Shown here: positions 1-10,841 of the stretch, piece by piece
Layout of the letters: every line of letters starts with the position of its first letter
Position numbering within the stretch: position 1 is the first letter of the stretch
Origin: an uncultured virus (IMG/VR IMGVR_UViG_3300025736_000012)
Lineage: Duplodnaviria; Heunggongvirae; Uroviricota; Caudoviricetes
Direction: 5' to 3' (one strand)
Virus record (IMG/VR): IMGVR_UViG_3300025736_000012
DNA length: 64,000 nucleotides
Notes under the pieces: generated by a model
Told to the model about the DNA's origin: nothing
Seen by the model: only the letters and a program-made list of their open reading frames with translations
The model's database searches: none
Made by a program: the position numbers and the translations under genes

Positions 1-375
1 CCGCGCAGGTTGGCCCCGCGCAGGTCGGCCCCGCTCAGGTTGGCCCCGCGCAGGTCGGCCCCGCACAGGTTGGCCCTGCTCAGGTTGGCCCCGCACAGGT
101 TGGCCTCGCTCAGGTTGGCCCCGCGCAGGTTAGCCACGCACAGGTTGGCCTCGCTCAAGTTGGCCCTGCGCAGGTCGGCTCCCCACAGGTTGGCCTCGCT
201 CAGGTTGGCCCCGCACAGGTCGGCCTCGCTCAGGTCGGCTCCGATCAGGTCGGCTCCCCACAGGTTGGCCCCGCGCAGGTCGGCCCCGCGCAGGTTGGCC
301 CCGCGCAGGTTGGCCACGCGCAGGTCGGCTCCCCACAGGTCGGCCCCGTTCAGGTCGGCTCGCCTCAGATCGGCC
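1..375. repeat. Degenerate 15-bp tandem repeat encoding the pentapeptide repeats
   Basis: Units such as ccgcgcaggttggcc and ccgcacaggtcggcc repeat with period 15. Confidence 0.95.
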
Positions 376-464
376 TTTTCTTCATTGGTCAGTAAGCGCC
401 ATACTAGGCACTGACCGCCCAGTTTTCCCTGTCTCCAATCACTATGCAGTTTAATACAATTCAT
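1..464 (-). CDS. Pentapeptide-repeat protein (3' end lies beyond the window)
   Basis: Manual translation from ATG at 464 (upstream AGGAG): MNCIKLHSDWRQGKLGGQCLVWRLLTNEEKADLRRADLNGADLWGADLRVANLRGANLRG..., i.e. A(D/N)LxX repeats. Missing from the ORF track because it runs off the window. Confidence 0.92.
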   Translation of the reverse strand, partial: MNCIKLHSDWRQGKLGGQCLVWRLLTNEEKADLRRADLNGADLWGADLRVANLRGANLRGADLRGANLWGADLIGADLSEADLCGANLSEANLWGADLRRANLSEANLCVANLRGANLSEANLCGANLSRANLCGADLRGANLSGADLRGANLR

Positions 465-521
465 CTCTTTTCTCCTCTCTCCCCGCGTCTGCCCCTGTGA
501 GACAGACGCAGGGAGGCTTGG

Positions 522-1664
522 TTACTCGGTCTTCGCCTCTTGATATTCTTTGAGCAATGTCCACATACCACCAGATGCCTCAATAGTCTGGCCGTTAGCA
601 TTACAGACAGCGGCATTCGGGTCAGCCTTGATTTTGCGCCAAGCACCCGTTACGTGATTAGCGTGATTGAACCCCAGATATTCAACAGCAGCGGCAGCGA
701 ATTCTTTCCAGTCAGAAGGGGGCTTGACGTTTACAATTTGCCCCTTGAGGCTCTTGCCCGCTCCTACAATCTGGTCTACCGTGGGGTCTTCAGGCAATTC
801 GTCGGACTCAATACCAAGCGCCTGGGCCAAAGCCCATAGTTCGGCATATCTTTCGAGGTATGCTTCCCTGTCCGGCTTCCCATTTCCCTCTGCCGGTTCA
901 CTGCTTTCAGCAAAAGGCGGCGGCGCTTCTTCCTCAATGATGTCCCATTCTGGCTCTTGTGACACGGTAAGAGTCTTCGAGGTTGCGGCAATGCGTGGCA
1001 CATCCCCGTTGTGCAATTGCTCCAAGCGTTCTCTGACATAGCGCGGGGCAACCTCAATAGACAAAAGCCACATTTCTTTTCTTGCCCTTTTACCGTTGCC
1101 GCGTGGTGTACTGACCATTCGAGGGCGCCTTTTGAGTATCAGTGGAATCCCTTGCAATTTCCCTTCTGTCTTTTTAATGGCTTGCAGGTTAGCGTAAATC
1201 TCCAGTATATCCCATATACTGGTCGTATGGACTACAACGCGGGCATAACGTTCTAGTGCTGGGATTATCACGCTCAACCGCCCTGTCTCTTTGCACCCTG
1301 TACAGATTGGCAATGGGCATTCCTTTTTCTCGTGGTGTAATCGGCCATCTGTGTCACGCCACATAAAGGCACTCCCGCCCTCAATATCTCCTCGGCATTG
1401 TAGGGCCGATGATACGTGCCGCTCCATAAACATCTCAAAATTGTGTTCAATGTCGCCGAACGGTAGGAATACAGCGACCTCCCGTGGTTCCTTTTTATAA
1501 ATCTGATGAAACAATTCCGCTGCCGCTTCCTCCCCCTCAATCGGAACGTAGCGGAAAAAGTCCAAGTCTGGGCCAGGTGCATTTGCGGTTTTCTTTGCTC
1601 CCTTGCGGATGTTCCCAATTAACGGAAAGCTCTCAGGGCGGTTTCTAATTCCAGGAATAGGCAT
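522..1664 (-). CDS. Gp3-like / recombination directionality factor-like protein
   Basis: N-terminal IGNIRKGAKK...PDLDFFR, C-x-GD and Cys cluster, GRLSVIIP, VHTTS motifs typical of this phage family. Confidence 0.65.
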   Translation of the reverse strand: MPIPGIRNRPESFPLIGNIRKGAKKTANAPGPDLDFFRYVPIEGEEAAAELFHQIYKKEPREVAVFLPFGDIEHNFEMFMERHVSSALQCRGDIEGGSAFMWRDTDGRLHHEKKECPLPICTGCKETGRLSVIIPALERYARVVVHTTSIWDILEIYANLQAIKKTEGKLQGIPLILKRRPRMVSTPRGNGKRARKEMWLLSIEVAPRYVRERLEQLHNGDVPRIAATSKTLTVSQEPEWDIIEEEAPPPFAESSEPAEGNGKPDREAYLERYAELWALAQALGIESDELPEDPTVDQIVGAGKSLKGQIVNVKPPSDWKEFAAAAVEYLGFNHANHVTGAWRKIKADPNAAVCNANGQTIEASGGMWTLLKEYQEAKTE

Positions 1665-1677
1665 CTCTCTCTCTCTT

Positions 1678-1947
1678 TTATCTTAATAGTGCCGCTACTT
1701 CTGGCGGCAGTCCGTTCCATACTTCTATGGAATCTATCTTCTGGCGTTGCAATGCTCGTTCGTGAATAAAATCGTGGCTTCCACAACCAAGACAGGCAAC
1801 GCTCCAATTATCTGGCATTTTCTCATCCCATTTCAAATTAAGAACCCCACCACAACTATTACATCGATACTCCCGACAAAGCCGCTCGTATGAAACACGC
1901 CTCTTGCCAAGCTGACAATCATAGCGGGTAAAGCCCGAGACTATCAT
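1678..1947 (-). CDS. Zn-ribbon hypothetical protein
   Basis: CNSCGG...CLGCGS; start overlaps upstream stop. Confidence 0.6.
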   Translation of the reverse strand: MIVSGFTRYDCQLGKRRVSYERLCREYRCNSCGGVLNLKWDEKMPDNWSVACLGCGSHDFIHERALQRQKIDSIEVWNGLPPEVAALLR

Positions 1948-2294
1948 AACCCCGCTGCCTCTCGACTATCCGCAGTCTGTGATATTGGTTCATCGTAACC
2001 AGAATAGACGACGGACAAATCTTTGAAATAGTAATCAGGTTCAAAGTTCATCACTTCGTTGAACTTCTCTCGTTCATCGCAATTATCACACAACTTCGCG
2101 TCGCCGAACGCCCACCCGCCGCAACCGAGAGCACACGGTAACGCCATTATCTTTTCTAGTTCCTTTGCGTCAACCTGCCAACCACAGGAACCGCACTTGT
2201 ACACAGCGTCAAAGCCAATTTGGTCAAAACGTGAGGACTGTATATACTCACCTTCTGCCTTGCATCTTGGGCAAATCGTTACGGGTTCCATCAA
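1944..2294 (-). CDS. Cys-rich Zn-ribbon hypothetical protein
   Basis: CPRC, CGSC, CDNC; coupled to neighbours. Confidence 0.6.
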   Translation of the reverse strand: MMEPVTICPRCKAEGEYIQSSRFDQIGFDAVYKCGSCGWQVDAKELEKIMALPCALGCGGWAFGDAKLCDNCDEREKFNEVMNFEPDYYFKDLSVVYSGYDEPISQTADSREAAGL

Positions 2295-2542
2295 TCCCCC
2301 CTTTCAATCCTGCTGGCAACGTGTGAACTATCCGTAACCCTGGTTTCCCAATCGCCAACCGTGATCCCGCCAGCGACGAGAAAGTGTTCGCTTGAATAGT
2401 CGGGCCTGTATTCGTTGAGCAGAGCTTCAATGGCTGTCACCGCTATAGAGTCAGTGACCACCCCTTTCTCTCTCAGTGCTTCGTATATTTTTTGCGCCAG
2501 TGCTTGATTATTCATTTCTTCCCCTTCTCTCTATGTATCTGT

Positions 2543-2571
2543 ATTATAACAGATATACCCTCGATTGTCAA
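2543..2571 (-). promoter_or_regulatory. Sigma70-type promoter
   Basis: TTGACA-17 bp-TATAAT with TG extension on the minus strand. Confidence 0.8.
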
Positions 2572-2576
2572 GAGTA

Positions 2577-2984
2577 TTATACGGGATTCAACCGATCTCG
2601 TATAACCCCAGCCACCAGCCTGACAAACCGTTCCGGCTCGTTCTTTAGCATTTCCTCAGTCACCCAGAACACCAGCCAGCCAGCCGCCAGGCAGTACGCC
2701 AGTTTCCAGCAGTCCTCGAGGTATTTTGCTGGCCGGGTGTGGCCGCGCTTTTTTGTACCGTGGACGCCGCCCTGACACTCAATGCCAACGCCAGCAGGAA
2801 CACAAGCGTAATCGAGGCGATGCTTGCGATTGGGTACAGGTTGGACGCAATCGTAAAACAGAGGAGGGAGATCGAGCGGCGAGAGCAAGCGCCAGTAGTG
2901 TGAGAAGGACGCTTCCACGTTGGACATTTCCTCTTGCATCTCAGGCGTGGGTGGGATGTTTTTGTGGATCACAGGTTGTGTCAT
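2577..2984 (-). CDS. PD-(D/E)xK / Vsr-like endonuclease (possible resolvase)
   Basis: RKHRLDYA...GIECQGGVH...GHTR...YLEDCWK...GWLVFWVT motif series. Confidence 0.75.
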   Translation of the reverse strand: MTQPVIHKNIPPTPEMQEEMSNVEASFSHYWRLLSPLDLPPLFYDCVQPVPNRKHRLDYACVPAGVGIECQGGVHGTKKRGHTRPAKYLEDCWKLAYCLAAGWLVFWVTEEMLKNEPERFVRLVAGVIRDRLNPV

Positions 2985-3669
2985 TTTCCAATCACCAACC
3001 ATCCACACTCGCGTGGAGCGCACTCATACTCTCCTTTCAATTTCCGCAGCGCATTCCGTGAAACACATTCACGCTGCCCATTTTCAAACTCCACGACCGC
3101 GCTATTCATTGCCAGTCGTGCAACGACGTTGCAGCGGCGGCGGTACAGGATTGCTCGCTTGGCGTTGTTTTTCCAGGCGTAATAGTAGAGAGTGGTCATA
3201 AATGCTCTCCTCGATATTTGGCACATTCTAGGGTTAGCGGTTGAAACATACAGCCGCCGTCGAGTTCACAGGTGTCACACAAAACAGATTCAAATAGAGT
3301 ACACAATTGTTCAAAAGCAGCGACAATAGCGTCACTGCGTTTTTGGCTTGCGACGTTGATTGCGCTGAAACGCCGAAAGTGGCCTCTTGGTAGGTCTATT
3401 TGTAGCTTGCACTGCTCTGCAACTTCTGTGAATATTTTCCATTGATCGTCTGTCATTTCTCCTCCTCACTCATAGCTGCCACATACGCTGCCTCAGTCAG
3501 CGTTTCCGAGAGCAGAATTGAATTCCCGTGTGTTGGCTCGATTGCGACGTTCCCGAACAAGGTGCGGATTCGCAACCGTCCGTCTCGTTCATCTAGGATA
3601 AATCGGTGGCCTCCGACTGAGATTCGCAGCATACCTTTTACTTTTTCTTCGTATTGCATTTTTCTCTCC

Positions 3670-4998
3670 CTATAGCGCCAGCCGCCGTTGCCAGCGGTCG
3701 GCTATTAAGCCACAACACGGTATTATGAAGTGCTCCCCGCTGCCCTTGCTCGTCCAACGGCTATACTTTAGCCTGAGTAACATAATTTTCGGCATTTGCT
3801 CATCCCTCGACACGATAAATTCAAAATCGGCTACGGCGTTTGCATCCCCGCCGCCCTTGACGCCAGAACTATACCCGCTTGAATCTCGAATAGAGGCTTC
3901 ATTCTTTTGCGCCAGCATACAAACGGCGACTTTTTCTGATGTGGCGATCTCTCCGACTTTCAGCGCTGTTACACTCTGCCGGTCGTAGAGAGAGCCTCCC
4001 GCATCGTTATTGAATAGCTGTGAATAATCACACCAGTGTACCAGGCTGCCGTGCTCGTGCTTGCTGCGTCGTATTCGGTGACGCAATGCTACTAAATTAC
4101 GGATACCATCGGTAGTATCCCATACCCGAACATTGTAGTTGTCCCATACTCGGCGTGCTTCATTTAATGCATCTAGTTCATCTTTTGTAAAGACGGCTAG
4201 TTGCTTACGCCAGGCACGAAAGATAAATAAGGCAGATAAACGCAACGGGGCTTCATAGCCTTGTTCGAGCAATACTCGTGTTGCAATCATCCCCTGGCAT
4301 TGCACGACAAACCATTCGCGGCTTCCTTCAGCACAGAACACGTCGCAAGCGTGACCAGCTTCGAGGGCAGTTAGAAGGCAACTTCTCATCATGGAACTTT
4401 TGCCCATTTTATATGGAGCGACGATCCAGTAATTCATACCCGGCCATAATCCACCCGTCATCTCGTCAAACCAGTGTAATCCAGTAGGAACACCGTTGCC
4501 ATCGAATTTCCGGATCTGTTCCCACGCGCTATCACTCACTGATTTTGCATCACCCTGCCGGTTGTTTATCTCGGCGAGCAAACCGCCCAACCTCGTCTCG
4601 GCATAGGCCACCATTGCGTCCAGTTCGTCGGCGTCGTCGGCTTTCCACATTTCGTGTCCCAACCGCCGAAACTCGAACAACCCACCTAGCCGCCGCAACT
4701 CACCCGCGTGGTAAACGAGCTTCCGGTTATCCTCGCTATCAAACTGATTCGCAATGGTCTGTACGTAGCCATCAACACCACAGCGGGCCGTCACCGCCTC
4801 GACCGTTGGGAGCGCCCCGGCCTCCATACACTGGAGAACGCCTTGCCAGACTTTCGCGCTCTCCTTCGGCCACCAGTGGAGCGAGTTACCAAGCACGTCG
4901 TGTGCCGGGTGTACCGCGCCGGGGTCTACCAGGACGGAGGCGAGGATTTTATGTGCGAGTGTCTCCCAGGTGCGCTGGAGAATATCTTGATCTGTCAC
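3670..4998 (-). CDS. DnaB-like replicative helicase
   Basis: GVPTGLHWFDEMTGGL, Walker A APYKMGKS, HWCDYSQL, MLAQ; directly downstream of initiator. Confidence 0.85.
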   Translation of the reverse strand: MTDQDILQRTWETLAHKILASVLVDPGAVHPAHDVLGNSLHWWPKESAKVWQGVLQCMEAGALPTVEAVTARCGVDGYVQTIANQFDSEDNRKLVYHAGELRRLGGLFEFRRLGHEMWKADDADELDAMVAYAETRLGGLLAEINNRQGDAKSVSDSAWEQIRKFDGNGVPTGLHWFDEMTGGLWPGMNYWIVAPYKMGKSSMMRSCLLTALEAGHACDVFCAEGSREWFVVQCQGMIATRVLLEQGYEAPLRLSALFIFRAWRKQLAVFTKDELDALNEARRVWDNYNVRVWDTTDGIRNLVALRHRIRRSKHEHGSLVHWCDYSQLFNNDAGGSLYDRQSVTALKVGEIATSEKVAVCMLAQKNEASIRDSSGYSSGVKGGGDANAVADFEFIVSRDEQMPKIMLLRLKYSRWTSKGSGEHFIIPCCGLIADRWQRRLAL

Positions 4999-6068
4999 TG
5001 GCTGGCCGTTTCGTGAAACGCTTGGTATTGTGGGTCGTCTTCCATTTGCTTCATCAAACGGTGAGTCTCGGCGCGTTCATACTCCTCATTGGACATTTTT
5101 CCATTGCTCTTTTCATCCAGTTCGGCGGCTTTCGCGGCCAGGGTCGCCGTCGTGATACCCCCTCCCCTCACGGCAACGAGCAAGGGGCCTAGTTCATTGC
5201 CAAAATTTGCATAGAACGGCTCGGCACGGGATTTCCAACTATATTCCACCGTCCAGGCTTGCCAGGCGAGACGTGCTTGCTCGACTGTTGCGCCTCCCCA
5301 TTCAGATAAGATACCGGCTATGTGTCGCCTCCAGGAAACACGTTGGGTTTCTGGAAATTCGAGAATGCCTTGCGAATGGCCGTTGTAGCGGCATATCCCA
5401 TCGGCTATGGCCTTGGCGGGAGAATCATCCCCCCCGGCCTGAGCAGGTGTTGATATGTCCTTCGTTTGGCGTTCGTACATTCGTTGTGCTGTCTCTACCA
5501 GTTCTGCTTTGTAACTCTCTTCCGTTCGTGGTATGCGTTGCTCTTGTTTTACCTGTTCCTCAATGGTAGCATCTGCCATTTCCTGAATGAAAGTTTCATT
5601 TTCTGTTGATTCTATTCTTTCTTTTCTCTTCTTATTCTCTTCTTCATGTAAAGCTGGCTTGAGAGGGGTACTCAAACTGGCTTGAGAGGGGGGTATCAAA
5701 CTGGCTTGAGAGGGGGGTATCAAACTGGCAGCGGCTTTTAAAACTGACTCGCTGAACCCAGTGAAATCATAAATAGTAGTTGTTCCTGTTCTGCGGATTC
5801 GTCGGAGCATCCCCTTTTCTTCTAGCTCGTTGGCGATCTGGCAAATTCTTTGGACCGTCCAGCCGGTTTGTTTTGATATACTGGCGAGAGACGGAAAACT
5901 CTCAGAGCCGGGTGTGTTGTAGCGATAGCTGGCGAGGTGCATAATCAAGAGAAACTCGTGCCGCTTGACACCAGCTCTTACATAATTGCGCAGGATAACA
6001 TTGGGAATGTCTGTGAAACCTGCGTCGAGAATTGGAACTCCCCATCGGAAAGAAAAGTTGTCACTCAT
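4995..6068 (-). CDS. HTH replication initiator (lambda O-like)
   Basis: FTDIPNVIL...SFPSLASISKQTGWTVQRICQIANELEEKGML wHTH; internal tandem repeats. Confidence 0.8.
   Translation of the reverse strand: MSDNFSFRWGVPILDAGFTDIPNVILRNYVRAGVKRHEFLLIMHLASYRYNTPGSESFPSLASISKQTGWTVQRICQIANELEEKGMLRRIRRTGTTTIYDFTGFSESVLKAAASLIPPSQASLIPPSQASLSTPLKPALHEEENKKRKERIESTENETFIQEMADATIEEQVKQEQRIPRTEESYKAELVETAQRMYERQTKDISTPAQAGGDDSPAKAIADGICRYNGHSQGILEFPETQRVSWRRHIAGILSEWGGATVEQARLAWQAWTVEYSWKSRAEPFYANFGNELGPLLVAVRGGGITTATLAAKAAELDEKSNGKMSNEEYERAETHRLMKQMEDDPQYQAFHETASQ
5654..5729. repeat. Iteron-like repeats, probable replication origin
   Basis: Three 23-24-bp units ctggcttgagagggg(gg)ta(c)tcaaa plus a partial, inside the initiator gene and next to an AT-rich tract (about 5580-5650). 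Confidence 0.75.
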
Positions 6069-6304
6069 TGGTTAGCCTCCAGTGTTCTTTGGACTTGTTG
6101 CATTGCCCAGTCTAATTTTTCTTCTTCTATATCATCAACTACTTCACTTATGGGGGTTTCAAGGTGTCCTTTTGCATACATTTTCTTAAAGAGCATTTGC
6201 TGGTCGTCAGTGCACTGCGCAAGCCCTGCTTTCAATTCAGTTCTTGCGTTTTGGGATAATTCAATTTGTATTTGCTTGTAGCTTTTCATTATTTTCCTCT
6301 CCTT

Positions 6305-6476
6305 TATAACGTCAAAATCCCTTCTGAGTTTTGTATTAGTGCTGGTGGCTTTACCGAGTGGGTATCAACACCAACACAAAACTCAACAGGGATTCTGTTG
6401 CACTCGGCGGCTCGCCACAAGCCGTTGGATTGTTTTACTACTCTCTGAGTATACACCAGGCCTGCGAGTTTGTCAA
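6305..6476 (-). promoter_or_regulatory. Promoter plus structured 5' leader A
   Basis: TTGACA(6476-6471)-17-TATACT; long stem-loop whose inner segments (cactcgg, gccac) are complementary to the 5' segments (ccgagtg, gtggc). Confidence 0.65.
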
Positions 6477-6666
6477 GCATCATCGAGTTGCTCCCTCACG
6501 GCTTGTTTCAAGATTTCCATAAAATCATTGGCGTGCTCTTTCAGGATTGCTTCAGTTTCCCAAACAATAAAATTGCCAATGAATCCCCATCGGCATAACC
6601 AGAATAGGATGGTTTCACGTAGGTTTCTTGTGCTTTTTGAGCGTATTTTGTTGTAGTCTGTTTTGT

Positions 6667-7674
6667 TCACCTCAACCCTCCCCACCGTCCCCCATCTTTC
6701 TTCTCCCAATAATCCCGCCCGCCCTCTCCCCTCACGCTTACGCGCTCATCTCCCTGCTTGTAAAACCGCGCCGTGTCCACGCCCGCAGCCTGCGCCATCT
6801 CCAGCATCACATCGCGCCGTTGCCCGTTTCGATAGGCGCTGCCGAACCTACACCAGCCCCACGCCTCCACCGGGCCGCCTCCGAACTCGGCCGTAAAGCA
6901 GTACCAGGTTGTATCATCTGGAGCGATGATCAACCCACCGTTGCCGCTCACCTTCGTCTCGTTCTCGTTCTCTGTCCGAGTACCCTGTTTGGCGAGGCCA
7001 AAGTGCTCGAAGATAGCCAGTGTCCCAGGCCATGCAGTGAGGGCGGCGGCCTGGAGAGAGCCGGCAGGAGGAGGGGTATAGTCGCCGTTGCGCCTGCGGG
7101 CGGGTTTTTCTCTGGGCGGGTCAAGTTCGTTGAGCCAGGCGATCAACGTATTCAGGTTATCGGTTTGTGTGATGGGGCCTTCCTGGAGAAAAACGTATGG
7201 ATTGAGCGAGGGGTGGATCGAGGGCGGTAGTACAGATTGGCAGAACTGAGCGCGGACGTTGAGGGAACCGAGCGCGGTACGCCAAGCGCGGTTCCCGATA
7301 GGCCGTTGATGTTTCGTACTCCAGCCAAAGTCGGGGAGTTGGGACAAAAAAACCGGAACATGATAACCCTCACCACTTCCGCTTTGAATAATTCTCCCTT
7401 TTGTCAATTCGGGGAATCTCTCTGTCAACGCTCGGTACATTCCGGCGTCTTTGTCGATGTCGAGCAGGATGTAGCCGTCGGATACCTCGCCGTGGACGGC
7501 CCCAATGTTAAATGAGTGACCATTGCTCCACCACTTGATAATCTCTTTAGTAGTAGAGCACCTCGTCTTGTAGTCGTCCCAATTGATTGCAGGCATCTTG
7601 TTCTTTGCTACGATAGGGATCACGCATAAATTCTCTTTGTGGTACTCCAGTGCTGCTATTAACATCGCACCCAT
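6667..7674 (-). CDS. Bifunctional primase-polymerase (Prim-Pol)
   Basis: AALEY..VIPI..KMPAINW, NIGAVHG..LLDID, SGSGEGYH, SVLPPSIHPS. Confidence 0.85.
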   Translation of the reverse strand: MGAMLIAALEYHKENLCVIPIVAKNKMPAINWDDYKTRCSTTKEIIKWWSNGHSFNIGAVHGEVSDGYILLDIDKDAGMYRALTERFPELTKGRIIQSGSGEGYHVPVFLSQLPDFGWSTKHQRPIGNRAWRTALGSLNVRAQFCQSVLPPSIHPSLNPYVFLQEGPITQTDNLNTLIAWLNELDPPREKPARRRNGDYTPPPAGSLQAAALTAWPGTLAIFEHFGLAKQGTRTENENETKVSGNGGLIIAPDDTTWYCFTAEFGGGPVEAWGWCRFGSAYRNGQRRDVMLEMAQAAGVDTARFYKQGDERVSVRGEGGRDYWEKKDGGRWGGLR

Positions 7675-8779
7675 CGATTAGCCTCCCAACCCCTTAACGT
7701 CCACCATCACGTTAGACTCTACGTTGATGATTGTCGTCTCATCAGTTGTCCCGAATTCTCTATTGCCAGCTTGTTTTACCAGGATGAATAAATCGGTGGC
7801 GGTTAGCTCGGTTTCACTTTCTATGTCGACTTGACAGTGATCGGTTTTCTCAATTTGAACTCGATATTTATACATTATCCCTCTTCTCGTTTAATACATA
7901 ACACAAAAATGCTGGATAGTGAGCAGCCCCGACGACTATTTTGTAACATAGCAGATGCTTTCCACACTAGCGCAATTGATGCGAGTGATAACAGTATCGT
8001 TTCTGTAGATCGCCAACCAGGGGACATAGGCACATTGCCCGGTTTCCTCATAGGCTTTAATTCTTGTAACACCGTTCTGTCCAACTTGCCAGCACTGCTC
8101 ATAATTGGGGATAGTGATGGTTTGAATTGGCCGCTTATCTTCGAGGATTGTTTTCATTTTTTTCTCCTTATTACTCACATAACAAAAAAACCCATCTTCA
8201 GTGAAGCAACCCTGGCAAACGTCACTATCGGCGGACGGTTGTTTTTACTAGTCCGCGCTCAACCAAAGTCTGTATAATCATTCCCCAAAAGTTGCCCAGG
8301 CAATGATGGTATGTTTCAACGTTGCTCTCACGCATCTGTTCAGGTGTTTGCTTGTCACCGTTGTGTCTCCAAACGATGTCCGACCAAAAGAAATCGTCTT
8401 GCCAGATCTCTTCTTTGATTTTACGTAGGCGTGGGCCTGTAACATCTGGCGCTGTGGGCATTTTCATAACGGCCCACTCTTGGGCAAAGTGGTTCCAGTA
8501 TTCGTGTTTTTTCTTATTTGATACTTTCATAGCGTCAAAATCCTTTTAAGTGACCTGATGACTGCTGGTGTTCTGGTCAGTTGTTCTTCATCACATCTTT
8601 CACACTCTGGCGAACGATTCCATACAGGCCAGCAGTGACCGCAATTCCAGCACAAATGGCATAGAATATTTTTATTGGTCCGGGCGTTTCAGGAAATGCT
8701 ATCAGCTTGTAGATTAACGCAATCGCTAGTGTGAGTGCTGCCCAACTCATTAGTATATCCACCTCTCTCCTCGTTTGAT

Positions 8780-8956
8780 ATATAGCAAAAAACACTCCTT
8801 TTGTGTGTTCTGGTTTAGTTCTGGCGGAACCTGTGGGAGCAATGTAAGCTCAACCAGAACACACAAAAAAAGTGTTTCTCGATTCTCCCACCAGCCCCGC
8901 CAGAGGCCGTTGTTTTACTACTCTGTAATTATAACCGATCACGTGCTGGTTGTCAA
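8780..8956 (-). promoter_or_regulatory. Promoter plus structured 5' leader B
   Basis: TTGACA-17-TATAAT; stem aaacacttt..tgtgtgttctggtt / aaccagaacacac..gagtgtttt; ctggcgg and gtgggag complementary to ccgccag and ctcccac. Confidence 0.65.
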
Positions 8957-9313
8957 GCATCTTTCTGACACTCCTTGCAGATGTTTCTTGGCCTACCACC
9001 GCCTGGGCATTCAAACTCTTTGCGTTTCTTCTCCTTTCTGCACGTCATACACCACCACCGCCCACGCCTAGCCTTAACACTGGGCCAATAGCGCGGAAAC
9101 CCAGGTATCTTGGGCCTACGTTTCTTGCTCAGTATTTTCATCGTCTTCCTCTCTCTCATCAAGCAAATTCGACACGTCAAAATCCCGCCGGTCGCCAAAC
9201 TCGGCGAGCTTGCCCGCGTTCCATTGCTTAGTCGGCGTCAAGTATCAAACGACTCGTGAGTAAATTAGGCACGAAACTCGGCGCTGTTCGGGTTGTTTGG
9301 TGTCAGACATAGT

Positions 9314-9619
9314 CTATCCCTCCTCTTTCCAATACTCCGAGTAAGGCTCCATCGAATAGTCATACCCGTGCAACTCTGCCAAGTGTCTCAACAGTCTAAC
9401 CCGCGACTTACGGTTCTCACTCTCTGAGTGATGCTTGCGGCACAGCGAAATGAGATTCTCGACGTCGGCTCGCTGTTCTGGATAGTTTCCTTTTGGTAAA
9501 ACGTGACAGGCGTCATCCGCCCTTTGCCCACACCCTCCCGGCCACTGGCACATCGGAACCGAGTACGTGCCGCTGTCACGTTCTGCGGCCTCTCGCTTGG
9601 CTCGTTGTTCGGCAGTCAT
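9314..9619 (-). CDS. HNH endonuclease
   Basis: CQWPGGC...DACHVL...NLISLCRKHH. Confidence 0.75.
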   Translation of the reverse strand: MTAEQRAKREAAERDSGTYSVPMCQWPGGCGQRADDACHVLPKGNYPEQRADVENLISLCRKHHSESENRKSRVRLLRHLAELHGYDYSMEPYSEYWKEEG

Positions 9620-10617
9620 ATCAGGCCAAGTATTGCTATGTAAAATGCACCTTTAACCCAAGAAGTTTGAACGCCTCTTTAATCATATCTTCTTGACTGA
9701 TACTCTCCTCCAGTCGGAGCCTTGACGGCTGGGTATGATTTTCTGAGGAAAGACAAACGCCGTTATCCCCTTCAAGCACCACGTAAACCTCTGGCGGGAT
9801 TTCAGGTAAACTGGTGTGCCCGGCAAGACTTTCAAAAAACTCTTGTGCTGTTTCAAATATTGTTTCTTTGTACATTCTCATCTCCTTTACTCAGATAACA
9901 AAAAAGCTTCTTATCAGTATTCTGGTCTAGTTCTGTTTTTCAAAGACCTGGTAGTTATCCTTGACAGTACCATCGTGGCAAACGATGAACAACCCGTTTG
10001 GCTCAAGACACATTACGTGAGTGTACCCCTCACGTTGTTCAATTGACAATAGCACTATTTCACCTGTATAGTTTTGTTCTCTGATAAAGTCAATCGCTTT
10101 ATTGAGTGCCGTGTCGTAGCTCATCTGGTCAGCCTGCGCTTGTATTCTGTCACGAATTTTCTGAATTTGCTCTTTCGACAAATATAGAGCGGCTGCGCCG
10201 AATTTTCCACCCAACACACGACGCCGATTCTCGATCTGTTCACTAGTCATTTTTGGATTATTACACACTTTCTCTCTCCTTGCTCAGATAAGAATTCATC
10301 GAACCTTTTCGAGATTGGATTTTCAAACATTTCGACCTTATCTTTCAACTCGGCCAGCGTGTGGGCATATTTATTGACGTTTATCAGAGCTTCGCAATCT
10401 TCACCGGTGTCGTCAATTTGCTCTCGAATGGCGCTTACAGCCTTGATGATAAGTTGCAAGACTTCCTCGGAAACTATTCCATCAAAAATCTTCCAATTCT
10501 GGTAGCCCCGTATAGTGGCGGTGAAACGTCGTTCTGCACTTCCGTCTTGGTATGATTCTGAGATAGTTGCACCCAATACCCACTGATGGCGACCTATTAT
10601 TTTTCTCATTTTTCCCT

Positions 10618-10841
10618 TGTCTATCAGATAACAAAAAACACCGACTTGACCAGAACGGTTTGACGGCTCGCGGTAGGAAGACTGGTAACGTGCCAGGTTA
10701 TCATCTAGCCGCAAACCGCCCTGGTAAAATCGGCGTTTTGCCTCGGTTCCTACCGCTGTTTGTCAAGTTAGTTGGTGTCATTGGCTTTGGCCTGCCTCTC
10801 CCAACTGAGTATATTGTAACACACTGGCACTCTATTGTCAA
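10618..10841 (-). promoter_or_regulatory. Promoter plus structured 5' leader C
   Basis: TTGACA-17-TACAAT; long stem; gcggtaggaa complementary to ttcctaccgc. Confidence 0.65.

Noticed and set aside
1..414. Repeat region as a CRISPR array, or the + strand ORF 10-414 (RLAP/RSAP repeats) as a gene
   Set aside because: 15-bp period with no spacers; it is the antisense shadow of the minus-strand pentapeptide gene
5654..5729. 24-bp repeats as CRISPR repeats
   Set aside because: Contiguous, no spacers, inside the initiator gene; iterons fit better
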